DNA from: Rhizodiscina lignyota
Taxonomy: Eukaryota
Length of the DNA: 64,000 nucleotides
Direction of reading: 5' to 3'
NCBI GenBank assembly: GCA_010015805.1
Contig: ML978121.1
Span: forward strand, 1,488,001 to 1,552,000
Positions 22,423 through 35,627 of this stretch are shown one piece after another. Within the stretch, counting starts at the first letter, position 1. Each line of letters starts with the position of its first letter. A program made the position numbers and the translations under genes. The notes under the pieces are model-generated. The model worked only from the letters and a program-made list of their open reading frames with translations. It had not been told where the DNA came from and searched no databases.

Positions 22423-24779
22423 ATGGAAACTCCAGCGCAAACTGAGATAGCACTCGCCATGTCTTCCTCATCGGAATTGAAGCGGAAGCGCAGTCCCTCA
22501 AACGATGTCCACGGCCAGTCCGCCGCACCTCCACCGAAAGCTCCGAAGACGCACAACCACCTGCAGATAAACTATCTTGCACGACAAAACAAAGAAGACC
22601 TTGCGCTGGCGTCGACGCAGGATACCATGCCCGAGATAATTGAGTTGCTTGCGCAGTACCATGGTGTATTGGAGCGTCATGAAAGCCTGGCTTGCAATCT
22701 TGGCGCAAGACCTCTGGGGCCGATTCTCATCAAGAGGTTCGAACGTCTTTTCGATGGTCCTCCAAAGGTGGTGAAGTCGCATGGCAAAGAGGGATCGAAT
22801 ATCACCTGGCTGGACGTCGTCGAGTTCGCGCGCAACAAGCCAGAGCAATTCACACTGGGCCAGATGAGTGAGGGGCTGAAGGTCTGCCAGTTCTACACGA
22901 AGCAGTGTCGCGTGCAGATTTCTGAAGAGGATTTTGTGTTGATTGAGAGTGGCATACCGCAGAAGATGATTCCGCCGCAACCAATCGTGGAGGACGAAGA
23001 GAAAGAGTTGGGGACCCTGGAGATTTTGGAAGAGAAGCTAGCGAAGATCTGCTCATTAGCTGATCAAGGTCCGCCACTTATTATCTGCTAGTTATGGTTG
23101 AACGATATGCTAACACACCTTATGTAGTCGCCGCGCGCACTCGCCAACTCAATCACCGAATCAAGGGCCGGAAGCAAGCCATCCTCGATCGCCGTGCGAC
23201 TGAGCCTTCCATAAGTGTGCGCCAGACTTCGCCGTCGAATGTCGCGCTCATGAATGGCAACAACCAGGGAGCAGCGGCCCCAGCAGGCTTTGTTGCGGTC
23301 AACGCCCGTCCCCAAGCGGAGTCAAATGGCGCGGAATACAGTAAGACGGGTGCTTCGTCAGCTACACGATCAGAGCTGCTCGGTCGCTTTACCACGTTGA
23401 TCGATCGAAAAGTAGGCAAAGCGACCAATGACACTGCACCGCATCGTGGTTCGATATCCGCGCCAGCGCAAGGCGGCCCCGCTGGCGCCGTCCAACACCC
23501 AGGAACGGATTCGGAACTGGCTGCGCTACTTCTTGCCTCGAACAATGCATCGTCGCATCAACCATCCTCGTATTCCGCTGCCGCATCTGTGGCGCTCCCT
23601 AGCACACCATCAACTGCTGCACCCGCTGCATCACAATATCATCATCATGGAGGTTCTCCGTCTGCCCAACAAGTACCGCCGACGCATTCTCATTCTGGTT
23701 CCCGCCAATCAGTCTCCGCCGAAAAGGAGAAACCAGACGATGGCCCTTTCAAGGCTGAAATGGTCTCGCGAATGGAGGGCCTTGGCAAAGGCGAGCGTGT
23801 TCTACCGCCGTGCGATCGGTGCAGGAGATTGCACATGGACTGCCTCAAGAACCTCACCGCATGCATGGGTTGTACGAAGAAGCACGCCAAGTGCAGCTGG
23901 CGCGAAGTCAGAGAAGATGAGCTCCTGAGGACTGCAGCACCTGTTCGATCAGCTTCGAATGTCGGACTTGGTGACCAGCCATACCACGGTATACCAATGG
24001 ACCCGAGCATCCATTCACCTGTCTACGATCAATCTTATAGGCCAGTTATGACGACCAGCGCTGCATCGATGGGCTCTGCACCAGCTTACGCTTACAGTCA
24101 TGCTGCGCCTAACACGACAGAAGGAGATGCCGGTAGCGTTGACGCTTCGCTGCATGAGCTTGCGGGTTTCGCGGAGGCCGAAGCCGCAATCTCCGCTGCG
24201 AGACGCGCCAGGGAGCACCGTGGCTCCATCGGTGAGCTCAATGAGCAGGCAGACTCGACACGAGACCATTACGAACATATGTTTCGCGCCGGCCCGACCG
24301 AGGAGGAGCAGGCGCGCGACCCAGGACGCGCAGCGTATCTGGAGCAGCTGTCCAACTTGCCCGAACAGCACCAAGCAAGGTTGGCAAACCACCACGATAA
24401 CCCTCAATACCCGCCTCTGCCCCATGCCGATACGCACCGGCATGATGCACCTGGAAAGTTTGAGGACATGAATGCAAGGCGGCACAGCGGCCAGGAACAG
24501 GGCGTCGACATGATGAGCGTTGACAAAGACCACAAGGACCTCATTCAGCGCAGGCTGGCGCGCATGCAGCAGGATTCTCCGGACTCAGAGGTCCATGCCG
24601 ATGTAGTGCAGCGAGCGGGGATCAGTCCCCGGACGCAGACGTACGATACGGAGAGTAGAGCAACTACGGAGAGGAAGTCGCCTACCGAGTCCTCTGCACC
24701 TCCTGTGTCTGTAAGTTTGGGGACCGGCGCGGCTGGAGCGGCTGAGGCGGCTGTCAGAGAGCATGTTGCTGCTGTGTGA
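22423..24779 (+). CDS. Zn(II)2Cys6 binuclear-cluster transcription factor-like protein
   Basis: CDRCRRLHMDCLKNLTACMGCTKKHAKC (Cx2Cx6Cx6Cx2Cx6C) from 23811. Conserved N-terminal block HLQINYLARQ...LERHESLACNLGARPLGPILIKRFERLF and NLS-like KRKRS. Intron 23069-23127; start at 22423 or 22459. Confidence 0.85.
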
Positions 24780-25590
24780 CCTGATACCGGGAGTTACGTT
24801 ACTGCGAAGGGGATATGATACCACGACGACATACGATAATGGTTTTGTTACTTTTGTACGATCTTCCTGAAGGGATGGGCACGGATACCAGTTACGCATG
24901 CGAGGCCACGTAGATGCAGGTGATGGCAGATTAATTCGTGTAGCAATACATTAATGCGACCGACAACGATCTCAACATAATATGTGTTCACTCCAAAGAG
25001 CATAGAATTACACTTGTAGGGCTTCACTAGTGAGCAAGTATCTTTCATGGGGTGGATTTTCGCGTAAAAGTGGTAGGGTTAGGGTAAAGCTCAGCTCCCA
25101 AAAGAGCTCCAAAAGTCTTACAACAACTTTATTTCGATTTCAGCTTGCGCGCATTTTATACCCAACCGTCGAGGCGCTTTCAGCCACGGTCTTCTGGTTG
25201 CAGTATTGACGCACCCCAGGCTTTCCAGTCCGTATTTACCAGTGCAGCGAGTCAATGAAAGTAGTCCCTTCTCCCGATCCGCCACCGAGCTGCTCACCTC
25301 CGGCTACATTCTCCCCACTCCACTCTGCGCACGTGGTGTGGAATGGCATCGTGGCGGAGCGCAGTTTGATAAAGCTCATCCTTTTACTCCGTCCTCCGCG
25401 TTCACTTCACAAGGCCATACTTGCGCAGATTGTTACAAAGCAATGAGCGGGAGGGCTGGTGCAGAATGGGCGAATCGGCGCCCTTCTCGATGGATAGATA
25501 CCCAATTGGGGAGACGACTCCACTATTACTCTCAGCAGTTCTTGTGCCGCAAGTGTGGGAACAGCAACACAACAGAATAGCAACAACAGA

Positions 25591-25640
25591 CAACAATATA
25601 CAACAATATAGAGCAATATACAACAATATACAGCAATATA
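25591..25640. repeat. 10-bp minisatellite, five copies of (CAACAATATA)-like units
   Basis: caacaatata caacaatata gagcaatata caacaatata cagcaatata. Confidence 0.9.
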
Positions 25641-26018
25641 AGAACACTAACACAAGAAGTAATCTCGGAATTAGTCGCTCCGCTAGCCAAAGGTAGGTTA
25701 GCAGATATTATCGAATTCGAAGTTGATTCAGTCCTGTTTGTAGTAATATGAACTTCAACTTGGTAGGCTGGCACTCTGGAAGCCAGTTCGCGCGAGAGTA
25801 AGCGTCATTAAGGCAGTCAAAACACGGTACTATCATTGGAGCTGCTGAGCCTGTTTGCGGTGTAGCTAGTGTATCCATTACAGCGAGACCCGCCAAAGCA
25901 AACACGGAATGGATAGAACAAACAAGGAATAATAGGCTACCTACGTCGCTAAAGCTATGGCACAGAGAAGATTGCTTTGGTTCCCAAAGAAATGAAATGA
26001 AAAGCGATCTAACCCCTC

Positions 26019-29000
26019 TCAAATTGGCTCCTCCCTCGGTTCAATTAGCACTTCATTAACCGCAACATGCTCCGGCTGCTTCAAAGCATAGATGATGCTG
26101 GCTGCCACGTCCTCCGGATCCAGAATCTTTGCGCCCGACGGCTCGCCATACTTCTTGATAGCCTCCTTATCCGTCGACATTCCCAGCAGATCAGTAGCGA
26201 CATTCCCAGGCTGCACGCTGGTAACTCGTAAACCCGATCCAGCGGTCTCGAGACGTAGACTCTGGAGCGTGGCTTCGACGAAGAACTTGCTTGCGGAGTA
26301 CACACCTAGGCCTGGGAAGACTTTCCTTCCAGCATCAGAGGAGATGGCGACAATGTGGCCGCGGCCTTGTGAGAGCATTGACGGAACGGTGGAAGATAGA
26401 CAGTGAAGAAGACCCTTGCAGTTGACGTCGACGGTGCGATCCCACTCTTCAACCTGCGTGTTTGCCATCATGGTGAAGTACATGACGCCAGCACAAGAAA
26501 CCAGAATGTCAACGGGGCCGAGTTCAGCGCTGGCATCGCGCATGAGCGACTGGACCTGTGCCCTGTCCGTCACGTCTGTCTTTCGGATGATGATTTTGCT
26601 GCTGCCACTGCGGGCCATCTTGCTCTTGACCGCTTCGAGAGCATCAGTACGTCGTGCGGCGAGAGCTACATGGGCACCTTCCCTCGCCAGAGCCGTGGCG
26701 ACGGCTGCACCAATGCCGGATGATGCTCCTGTAATGACTGCCACACGGCCGAACAGCGACCCTCTCTTGAGGCTTGGTGCATACTCGCTGGGTCTGGTTC
26801 CAGTAGAGGGAGGTCGAGGCAGCCAGCCTCTGGAGTACCAGTGTCGCGCATACGTCTCGAGAAGTCGAATATCCATTTGAGGTCTCTTGATAGCCTCGAG
26901 CCAAGGAGTGGTCGCGCCGTCGGTGAGCACGATAGGATATTTTAAAAAGTCGACTGTTGGCATGCCTGTTCACGGTCAGTCAGGTAGAAATTCAAAGGTG
27001 TACCTAGAGCAACCTACCACTGCGAAGAACATCAACGGTAAAGGCACCATCTCCTCCTTTGGCGGAACTCCTCTTCTCCTCCCAAAGAGCAACCCACTCA
27101 TCCCATCCAAGTCGCTGCGTCGGGAAGCCGAGTTTGGCAAGGTCATCGAAAAGTGCATTGGTATCCACAGGATCGGCGTTCCCGAGGTGGAATACAAGCT
27201 GGCGCGTCTGAGTGTTGTCGGAGAGGGCAACGATGGCCTTGCTGATGAAGTCTACTGGAGTCATCTCAGCACGCCAACCCGCAATGTTGGGCGCATATCC
27301 TATTTGGAGCGATTCGACGATCAGCGCAGTGAGAAGATCCCAAGGGTTTGTCGCTCCTGAAACACTGTCTCCACTCAGGGTACCAAGTCGATGTACTCTT
27401 GTGGGGAGGCCGCGCCGACCCGCCTCGTAGACCAGACGCTCAGCGACCCACTTTGTCTGACCATAGCCATCCACCAATTTTTCCGCCACGGAGATAGAGT
27501 CAACCATCGCACTTTCCGGCCAGGGTTCTTTGGACGCCGGGAGCACCCCGTTCGTGGATACGTATTGTAAAGTTGCGCCGCCACGGCAGGCTAGACGCAG
27601 GATCTCTCTTGTGCCGCCGACGTTAGCATTTCGCAGCGCCGCATAAGGGTATACAAGGTTGACAGTGGCACCAGCGTGAAAAATAACTTGAACACGCTCG
27701 GCAAGCTCCTTGAAGGCATCGGACGAAAGGCCCAGTCGTCGTTGGGAGAGGTTTCCAGGAATTATCTCCACGCGTTCCATGACAGAGTCATGCCACAGTC
27801 CCAAATCAAGGAGATTCTTTCGCAGTCTCGCTATTCCGGCCGCCGCTCGATCAGTTTCTGCGAGATCATCAAGACGCACTAGGCACAGAATCTTCGCGGA
27901 AGTGCTTTCCATAAGCTCTCTGAGCAGGAAGGCGCCTAAGAAACCAGTGGCACCAGTAAGCAGCACCGTGCTTGCTTCACTCAGCGGGCACATTGTCGCC
28001 TTCGATGGCTGGATTTCCGGAGAAAGAAGCGAGTCGGCGCGCAGGATGGCCGGTAGATCTGCTTGCACCGCAGCTGTATGCCCATCACGCGTTGATCGTA
28101 CCACTTCCAGATGGCCCTCGAGAGTTGGGTTCTCCGCGAGTCGGCCGATTGGAATGGGAAAGCCGAATTTCTTAGTTAGCCTGTTGGCGAGATCTGCAAG
28201 TGTCAACGAGTGTCCTCCGAGATCGAAGAAATCGATATCCTCAGTCACGGCACTGGGCGACGTCTTCAGTGATTGAGCCCAGACCTCAGCGATGTCTTCA
28301 AGTTTTACTTTCTCGCCATTTTCCCCGGCGGTACCATTAGCAGCTCGTGCTTTGCCTGGCATTGTCGGAGGAGGAAGGCTCTTGAGGTCAACCTTGCCAG
28401 ATACACCATGGGTAGGCAGCGCAGGTAGTTCAACCCATAGAGTCGGAATCATGTACTGTGCCAAAGATGCCGAAAGTGTTCGCCGGGCCGTCGGGCTATA
28501 TCCATTCTCGGACATCTCTGGAACAACACGATCTCCTGGGTCCTCATTTTCGCGCACAAAGTATGCAACCAGTCGGCGTTCAAGTCCATCACCTTGAGCG
28601 ACGACAGCACAATGGCTGACAGCCAATTGCTTGAGAATGACGCTCTCAACCTTGCCGGGAACAATGCTATAGCCTCTGATTTTGACCATGCCCCCAACTC
28701 GTCCGGTGATCTCGATGCAGCCGGATGGGAGCATTCTAGCCTCATCTCCAGTGCCGTACATGATGGCTCCGGGCGTTGGGTTGAAAGTATCCGGCTTGAA
28801 AGCCTTTGCTGTGGCATCTGGAAGATTCAAGTAACCTCGAGCTAATAGAGAACCACCAACGAACAGCTCTCCACACACACCGGTGTCAACCTTTTCCCCG
28901 TTTCCGTTGAGGATGTATGTGCGCTTTGGATCCATTGGCGGTCCGACGGGACAAAAAGAAGCTTCGTCGTCGATCATATCCCGAATGTCTCCACAGCAAA

Positions 29001-29937
29001 TCTCATGGGTCTCACTTGCGCTATAGCAATTGAGCAAGCGGGTCATGGGAAGTGATTTCATTGCTCGACGAGCGAGATCGGTAGTAACTACCTCGCCATT
29101 GAGCCACAGCGTACGCAAGTGCGGAAGTCGAGTCTCAATCTGCGTATGCCGCAAGAGGACCGTAGCCAGCAGCGTCGGCGTCATGAGAGTCTCGGTAATG
29201 CGCTTAGAAGAGAGCAAATCGATGAGCGCAACAGGATCATAGCTTGCCTCGTCAGGAACACAGACGACCGTCGCCCCTCGTAAGAGTGGACGTATCATTT
29301 CCCAAACGAAGAATGCATTGCAGGCGACGCGGTCGCCAGGTAGAACATCATTGAGACGGAATCGAAGGTCATAAGAGAGTACCGCTGCCCGATGCGGATT
29401 CAAAATTCCCTTTGGACGCCCGGTGGTGCCAGACGTGTAGCACACGAAAGCCAGTCGTTCTTGGTCATTTTCAATGGCTTCAGAGGACTCTGTCGCGTCT
29501 CCATTAGATGATGTCGACCCGTTAACTCCGTTGGCTGCTGTCCCTGGTTCGTCCAGAATTATCAAAGGGATGTCGGCCTTGATCTGATCCGCCTGCTCCG
29601 TATGTGTGATCACTACAGCCGGGCTTGCGTCTTTGAGGACGTCGGCCAGAAGATCAGCAGGATATGCAAGCTCAAGGACCAGAAATGCGCCTCCAGCGCG
29701 AAGTGCTGCGAGACAGGCGATCACATAGTCAGCACTGCGGCCCATAAGCACGCCAACAAGACTGTCGCGCTTCACTCCATATTTGTGGAGGCGATGAGCG
29801 AGAACATCGACTTTGTGGTCTAGCTCCGCATAAGTCAAGCTGGTAGTGGTGTCCTCTAGGGCGACAGCATCGGGCGTGGCCCGTACCTGTTGACTGAACA
29901 GTGCCGACAGGTCTTTCGTGATGTCAATAACCGGCAT
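26019..29937 (-). CDS. ATRR: NRPS-like A-T-R-R enzyme, glycine betaine reductase (choline synthesis)
   Basis: A domain (YTSGTTGRPKG, YGTGD, VKIRGYSI), T domain (FFDLGGHSL), thioester reductase (LLTGATGFLG, GYGQTKWVAE), then an SDR (VITGASSGIG, YSASK, NEVLIEPREEP). Intron 27017-26966. The architecture matches the described fungal ATRR. Confidence 0.93.
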
Positions 29938-31029
29938 TGTTCTTGTTTCCGAGCGTTTGTGGTGTTTCTCGTCCAGCGTGTCTTGAGGGGTTCCTAACGC
30001 CATTTTATTGTGCGAATGGCACGGGTGAACAAGCAGTGATAGAGAGAATCCCACACCGCTATCCGCATTGACGCTGTGTTATCGCTGCGTTGTGCAATGC
30101 ACGGATCCGCACGAGGAAGCCGCAACCGCAGATATGTACGTGACAGAAGGATGTCTCCGCCGGAGCGTGGGCTTCTACGCCTCCATATTATGTCTGGGGC
30201 CTGGCCAAGCATGCTGTAAAAACTTTCCAGGTATGTTGGGACGTCATCTACCGCAATAGTGCCGGTTCTGACGTATCAACGTCCAGCAAGCGCGAACGTT
30301 GAACGGGTCGACCACGAACTACGCCGGCGCTGGCCCATGAGGCCCGTCTCCACACATGCGGAGGTAAGTCCTTACGAAGTCAGTTCTTGTTCGCATCACG
30401 AGGAAGTGCCAGATTTGACAAATCCCACCCTGAGTGTGGGATATCGTCGAATATACGCATCTTGGGCGTTGCGATAAACTCGTCGCCCCTTGAACGATCT
30501 GTTCCGTCGATGTGGCTTCGAAGGATCTCAGATGTGGGGCGGAGATCTAATCTAATCTCGATCTCGAATTTTATTCCCGAAAGACCTCTACAAACTCACT
30601 CGTGTCGTCTTTCTCGCTCATGCCTCACCTCGAAGTCAACATCTCTCTTTTTCACGGTCCATGAAGTCGAGAACTAACCCGGCTCGGGCCGGAAGCTTGA
30701 TTGGAGCTCCATTTGAGCCACCTTGACGGCATTGGACGCCTTGCCTTGTCTGACGTGGGGAGAGAGGGTAGGTGGTCGCGTGCCTTTAGTGATTGCGTGG
30801 GGAGTACGTGGAGGTTGTGTAACGAATGAGATGTCAGCAAACCTTCTGTTGCCCTCACCGTCTTGCTAGCATGAGTCTTGGATAGTGGCCAGAATGCTTT
30901 GGCTGCAGAGTGGTCCAGTGGATGGCGCAGAACGACTCACCTCCCTAGGTGGGAATGTCGATTTCAATACTGCCACGCTGCAGTGTCTTTTCTTTAGGCA
31001 GTTGAACAGCGCTTACAGAGTGTTACTGT

Positions 31030-31086
31030 CCATCATGGAATGAATACCATCATGGAATGAATACCATCATGGAATGAATACCATCA
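31030..31086. repeat. Perfect 17-bp tandem repeat, 3.3 copies
   Basis: CCATCATGGAATGAATA at 31030, 31047 and 31064, plus a partial copy. Confidence 0.95.
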
Positions 31087-31328
31087 CTGTAGATTGTGAC
31101 AGACAACGACACAATGTTGGCACTTTTTCACCTTGCAACACCATGTTGTTTCTATTCTGCTCTTTTAAATTTCACAGCTTCCATTCCATGGCTTCTATTC
31201 TCCTCTCCATTTCTAAAACTAACGAGGCTATCAAACACTCTGCTCAGCTACCGTCTTCCGACATTTATACGGCATTGTGGAAGATCCGATTCTCGACTTG
31301 GCGGTTCTTGTCACCTGCTCTCGACAGA

Positions 31329-32414
31329 ATGAGCGACCTCCTTCGGCTTGCCAAAGCTATTGCAGCCACAACCGTAAGTTGATAGCCACCCGGTCGATGC
31401 TTGAACGGCACTACTAATGCATCGAAGGTGGCAGGTGGCATCAAATCGCGCAAGAATTTCAAGGAGCCTGGGAACTCGCAGTCCCTCGAAACGACCGAAC
31501 CAAGTATTCAGGAGCAGACCGAGTCAAATATCCAGGAGCAAACCGAGTCAAACATCCAAGAGCAGACCGACCCAGGTGTGCAGGAGCGTAGCGAGTTGCA
31601 GTCTTTCCCTGAGCGTCTTTCGCTCCTGTAAGTAGAAGGATTCTCATTTAGCTTCGATATTTGATCTCGGAGGCTGACCAACCGCAGTGGACTCCCGGGT
31701 GAACTCCGTAATAAAATCTACGAATATGTTTTTCGCCCGCTCGGGTTAGACCTGGATCCAGAGTGCTGGTACGGATACGTGTATCCGAACTACAACTGGG
31801 ACAAGTTCAACCGTACGCCTCGATTCTGCCCTGGGATATTACAGTCGAATCGGCAGATTCGGAATGAGGCTTACAGTATCGCTTACAAGCGCATGGTTTT
31901 CCATGTGTATGAGCAGCGCCTCATGCTCAAATTCTTGATCTCCACCTCGGCCCAGTCTCGCGGCTATATTCGACACCTGCGAGTCCGCTGTTTTATGCGG
32001 TATTATACGGACACGTTATACATTGAGCTGCTCGCGGGGTGCAAGGATTTGGAGACCGTGTTCATCGAGTTGGACTTCTATCACGCTCGTTGTTTTGCTT
32101 TCGAGAAAGAGGCCGTGCAGCTTGCACCGCTGCTCAAGGCTTTGCTTGACCTTGACAAGCCGCAAGTGTACTTTCGGTGTTACAATCACAAAAGCTGCAC
32201 GACGCTCAAGGATTGCTTTGATGATGTTATCTTAGATGTCGTACGAAGGTTTGCAGATGAAGCGGAGGGCCTTTCAACCACGGTTCGGAATCGGTTCCAT
32301 TATGTCGACTATCTCTGCTGGGAGGATCGACTCAAAGTTGAGAATGTCTGCTTGGACAAGCACGATGACCGTCATCCTTGCTGGAAACGAAGACACGGAC
32401 ATGAAGGATCCTAG
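31329..32414 (+). CDS. Hypothetical protein with an F-box-like/2EXR-type 'LPGELRNKIY' motif and IQEQTESN repeats
   Basis: Exons 31329-31373, 31428-31627, 31688-32414. SLLGLPGELRNKIYEYVF...GILQSNRQIRNEAYSIAY; 24-bp coding repeats at about 31494-31585. Confidence 0.75.
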
Positions 32415-32783
32415 TGATGTCATAGGTTGGGAGGCCTCTATTGATCTCGTGCACCGTATCGATGGCGTGGTACGGCGGTTGTGTTTCTCGATCTGGGTTT
32501 ATTTTCTTTCTTTCTTTCTGTTATTACCACTCAATTGACCATTTGCAGCCATATTCGGAGTTGTCAAGAGGAACGAGGCCCACGACGAAAGTACTTCAAA
32601 AGACCAACACCTAGTGTTGAAAAGGACGGTAAATTCTACAATATAACGAAAGAGTTCGTAAGATAGCTGCTTTCTAGGCTCCTTTCGGGCCCAGCATTAA
32701 CAACTGCAAACAACATCGTCTCTGAAAGTTCATGCATCGCTGCACTTCTAAGGACAGACCTTAACCTCTCCCCAACGACTCAA

Positions 32784-33674
32784 TCATTTGCTGAATGCAC
32801 CATTGCACATCGCCTCCTCATACTCGAGATCCGGCTGGAATTCCCAGTACAGCGTCTCGGGATCACTCGCCATATCGAACGTATACTTCGCCGCGTCGTC
32901 AGGCACGTAAACTTTCGGAATACCATTCGCTGCTGCTGCCTCAGCCAACAACTGCACTTCGCAGCTCCTCTCCATGAGCGTGTGAAGGTACGCTGCTTCG
33001 TCTACAGTCGATCCTATGGTAAGCAGTCCATGGTTCCTGAGAATCAAGCCTTTGGCGTTTGGTCCCAGAGCAGCGGCAAGGCGCTTGCCCTGCACCTCCT
33101 CCATGACAACGCCATCGAAGTCCTTATACACAGCCTGGGCATCGCCGTAGAAGTAGCATACGTCTTGGTTGAGCATCTCCAATGGGCGGCAGAATGACGA
33201 CCACGTCTTGCCGTACTTTGAGTGGGTGTGGCACGCCGCAATGACGTCCGGTCTGGCCTTGTGCAACGCGCCGTGGATCTGGAAGCCAGCAGCATTGGCT
33301 GGCCTGCTCATGTTTCCGCCAATTGGCTTGCCGCTGTAGTCGATGAGGATCATGTCGGACGCGCAGAGCAGGCCGAAGTGGCGGCCCAGAGGATTTGTCC
33401 AGAAGGTGTGAGGGTTCTCAGGATCGCGGACAGAAATATGCCCACTCATGCCCTCTGTGTAACCTTTGCGGGCGAAGACTCTGAAAGCACCGGCCATGTG
33501 AGAGAGAATGAAGGCCCGCTGCTTGTCAATGTCGCTGTAGAGTGGAATCCCAGGCAGGCTCACGCCCTGAGAGATGGCCTCCAAAGGCGACTTCTTCTTC
33601 TGTGCGACCGTGACAGTCTTGACTGACGGGGCAGTTGGGATGTCCTCGACATCTTTGAGAGCAGTTGGTGCCAT
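32784..33674 (-). CDS. Class II aldolase/adducin family protein
   Basis: EGMSGHISVRDPE, FWTNPLGRHF, ANAAGFQIHGALHKARPDVIAACHTHS and LILRNHGLLTIG with the metal-binding His residues. Intronless, 296 aa. Confidence 0.92.
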   Translation of the reverse strand: MAPTALKDVEDIPTAPSVKTVTVAQKKKSPLEAISQGVSLPGIPLYSDIDKQRAFILSHMAGAFRVFARKGYTEGMSGHISVRDPENPHTFWTNPLGRHFGLLCASDMILIDYSGKPIGGNMSRPANAAGFQIHGALHKARPDVIAACHTHSKYGKTWSSFCRPLEMLNQDVCYFYGDAQAVYKDFDGVVMEEVQGKRLAAALGPNAKGLILRNHGLLTIGSTVDEAAYLHTLMERSCEVQLLAEAAAANGIPKVYVPDDAAKYTFDMASDPETLYWEFQPDLEYEEAMCNGAFSK

Positions 33675-34062
33675 TGTGAATAGAATTATGAATGTACAAG
33701 CTGATGTCGAATACTCAAAGCAATGGTCGAAGAGGAAAAAAAGTTACCTAGTAGTACATATCCTAGTGCGGGGTGTATGAGGTGTATAAGATATTTAAAG
33801 GGCTGGAACCTGCTCCTGCGCCGAATTGATAAGATTTACGTCGGTTAGAGCGGACCGTTATCGTGCACGCCTTCTAGTCAGTGAAGCTTTCAACAGAGTA
33901 CCTAATACGCTGGACTGTGGTGGATCACGTCACGCCAGCTCGATCGGGAAAAAGAGCCCCGAAGGAACCGAGCAATATCAACTCCGTGTCAGGGGTGTCC
34001 GGCGTGTATAACAAAATCAACCTTTCGCCAGCCTGAATTGCACTCCCGTATCGCATGCCCTA

Positions 34063-35223
34063 ATGGAGTGCTTAAGGACTCAACTGATGAGCGCCCGCGC
34101 ATGCACAAGAAGTGCTAGACGATTGCGCCATTCCTTTCAATTACACACCGTCGCTCCTCAATCCGCAAGCCCGGTTCCACATCCGTCAGTCGCTGGACCT
34201 CCTCCTCCACCACCTACCCCGGATGTGGCCCAACCTGAGGATCGCGTAGCCAGGAAGAGGAAGCAGGCAGAATTGTTGCAGAGGGGGCTGTCATTACGGC
34301 CGAATCCTGCAAAGCCAGCCACGGCACTTCAAAAAAGATTTTGGAAAGCAGTCTCGATAAAGGAGACTCCAGGTTCGGCCTCAGAACTATATAAAATGCA
34401 ATCTACGAATTTTAACAAGTACCTAGATGGCCATCAGATATTTCTGGATAGCAGACCTGTCCGCACAGCCTCGAAAAATGTCCTCACCCTACCTCTGAAT
34501 AAGTCGCAACTGGCCGCCGCAATTGCGCTTGAATGGGATCTACTCGTCACGGCGCAACAGGCACTAAAACATCACTACATTCCCCTCACCTCCTTTACGT
34601 CTCGGGCCGTGGATATTACAAATGCAGATCTCCAAGGGAATCAGACCGTTCGGGAGGACATTGTGACGATGGTCATGCGGTACCTGGATACGGACACGCT
34701 TCTATGCTGGGCCCCGGAGCAGAATAGGCACACTGGGAAGGCAGAGCAGCGCGAAGAGGGCAGTGAGTCATTACGTTCAATGCAGGAGCGGACAGCACAG
34801 CCTATTATCGCATATCTCACGACGACCGTATGGCCTGGCGCTGAAATTCAGCCATCGCTCAGCGAAGATAGCATCCTGCCGACACCTCAACCTCAAGTAA
34901 CGATGGATATAATCAGAGGATGGATATCGGGACTACAACCATTCGACCTAGCTGGCCTGGAGCGAGCTGTACTGGCGACCAAGAGCTTGCTGGTAGCGTC
35001 CAGATTGCTCGTCGAATGGAGTCACAATTTTCAGCACTTACGGGACCAGAAGCCGGACGCGCCAAGATTTGGAATCGAGCAAGCTGCCGAAGCAGCAAGT
35101 ATAGAAGTGCGATGGCAAACTGGAATGTGGGGAGAAGTAGAAGACACGCATGATGTCGAGAAGGAGGATATGAAGAGACAGTTAGGCAGTGTTATTCTAA
35201 TGGTGCATGGCGACGCTAGATAG
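34063..35223 (+). CDS. ATP12: Mitochondrial F1-ATPase assembly chaperone Atp12
   Basis: Presequence-like N-terminus, KRFWKAV, LDSRPVRT, AIALEWD, RYLDTDTLLCW, EVRWQTGMWGEVEDTHDV. Probable in-frame intron 34373-34426. Confidence 0.93.
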   Translation: MECLRTQLMSARACTRSARRLRHSFQLHTVAPQSASPVPHPSVAGPPPPPPTPDVAQPEDRVARKRKQAELLQRGLSLRPNPAKPATALQKRFWKAVSIKETPGSASELYKMQSTNFNKYLDGHQIFLDSRPVRTASKNVLTLPLNKSQLAAAIALEWDLLVTAQQALKHHYIPLTSFTSRAVDITNADLQGNQTVREDIVTMVMRYLDTDTLLCWAPEQNRHTGKAEQREEGSESLRSMQERTAQPIIAYLTTTVWPGAEIQPSLSEDSILPTPQPQVTMDIIRGWISGLQPFDLAGLERAVLATKSLLVASRLLVEWSHNFQHLRDQKPDAPRFGIEQAAEAASIEVRWQTGMWGEVEDTHDVEKEDMKRQLGSVILMVHGDAR

Positions 35224-35627
35224 AGTTGCCATGTATGTATCTTACAAATGCATATGTAAACTATCGTAATTCTGCCGGCACACTATCATTCGCCAAAGTT
35301 GCCCTCGCGCCGTACTCGCACGAGACAGGAAGCTTTGGCGACATTCACGATAAAGCGGGTGCGGGAAGGTGTTCAGCTTTGTCTGTTGTCCCGCTCTGTC
35401 GTCATTGGGAAAGTTGCAACCAGACCTACGGAGGTTAGGGTTAGGGTCAGCACTTGAAGCTCTGGACTTCCCATTTAATCAATTGTTCGCGGCAAAACTT
35501 GGTTCGATCGTGATAACCCAAACCCCAAACTTTCTTCTCCTCCCTCTCGTCCACATTCTGCGCTTCGTTTAGTGTGTCGCTCGCACAGCTCAGCCCTCTT
35601 GACTCCACCTCGACACTACTTCCCGCC

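Noticed and set aside
34373..34426. Apparent insertions in Atp12 (and in Cbr1 at 59310-59375)
   Set aside because: Explained as stop-free introns whose lengths are multiples of three, with GT/branch/AG signals.
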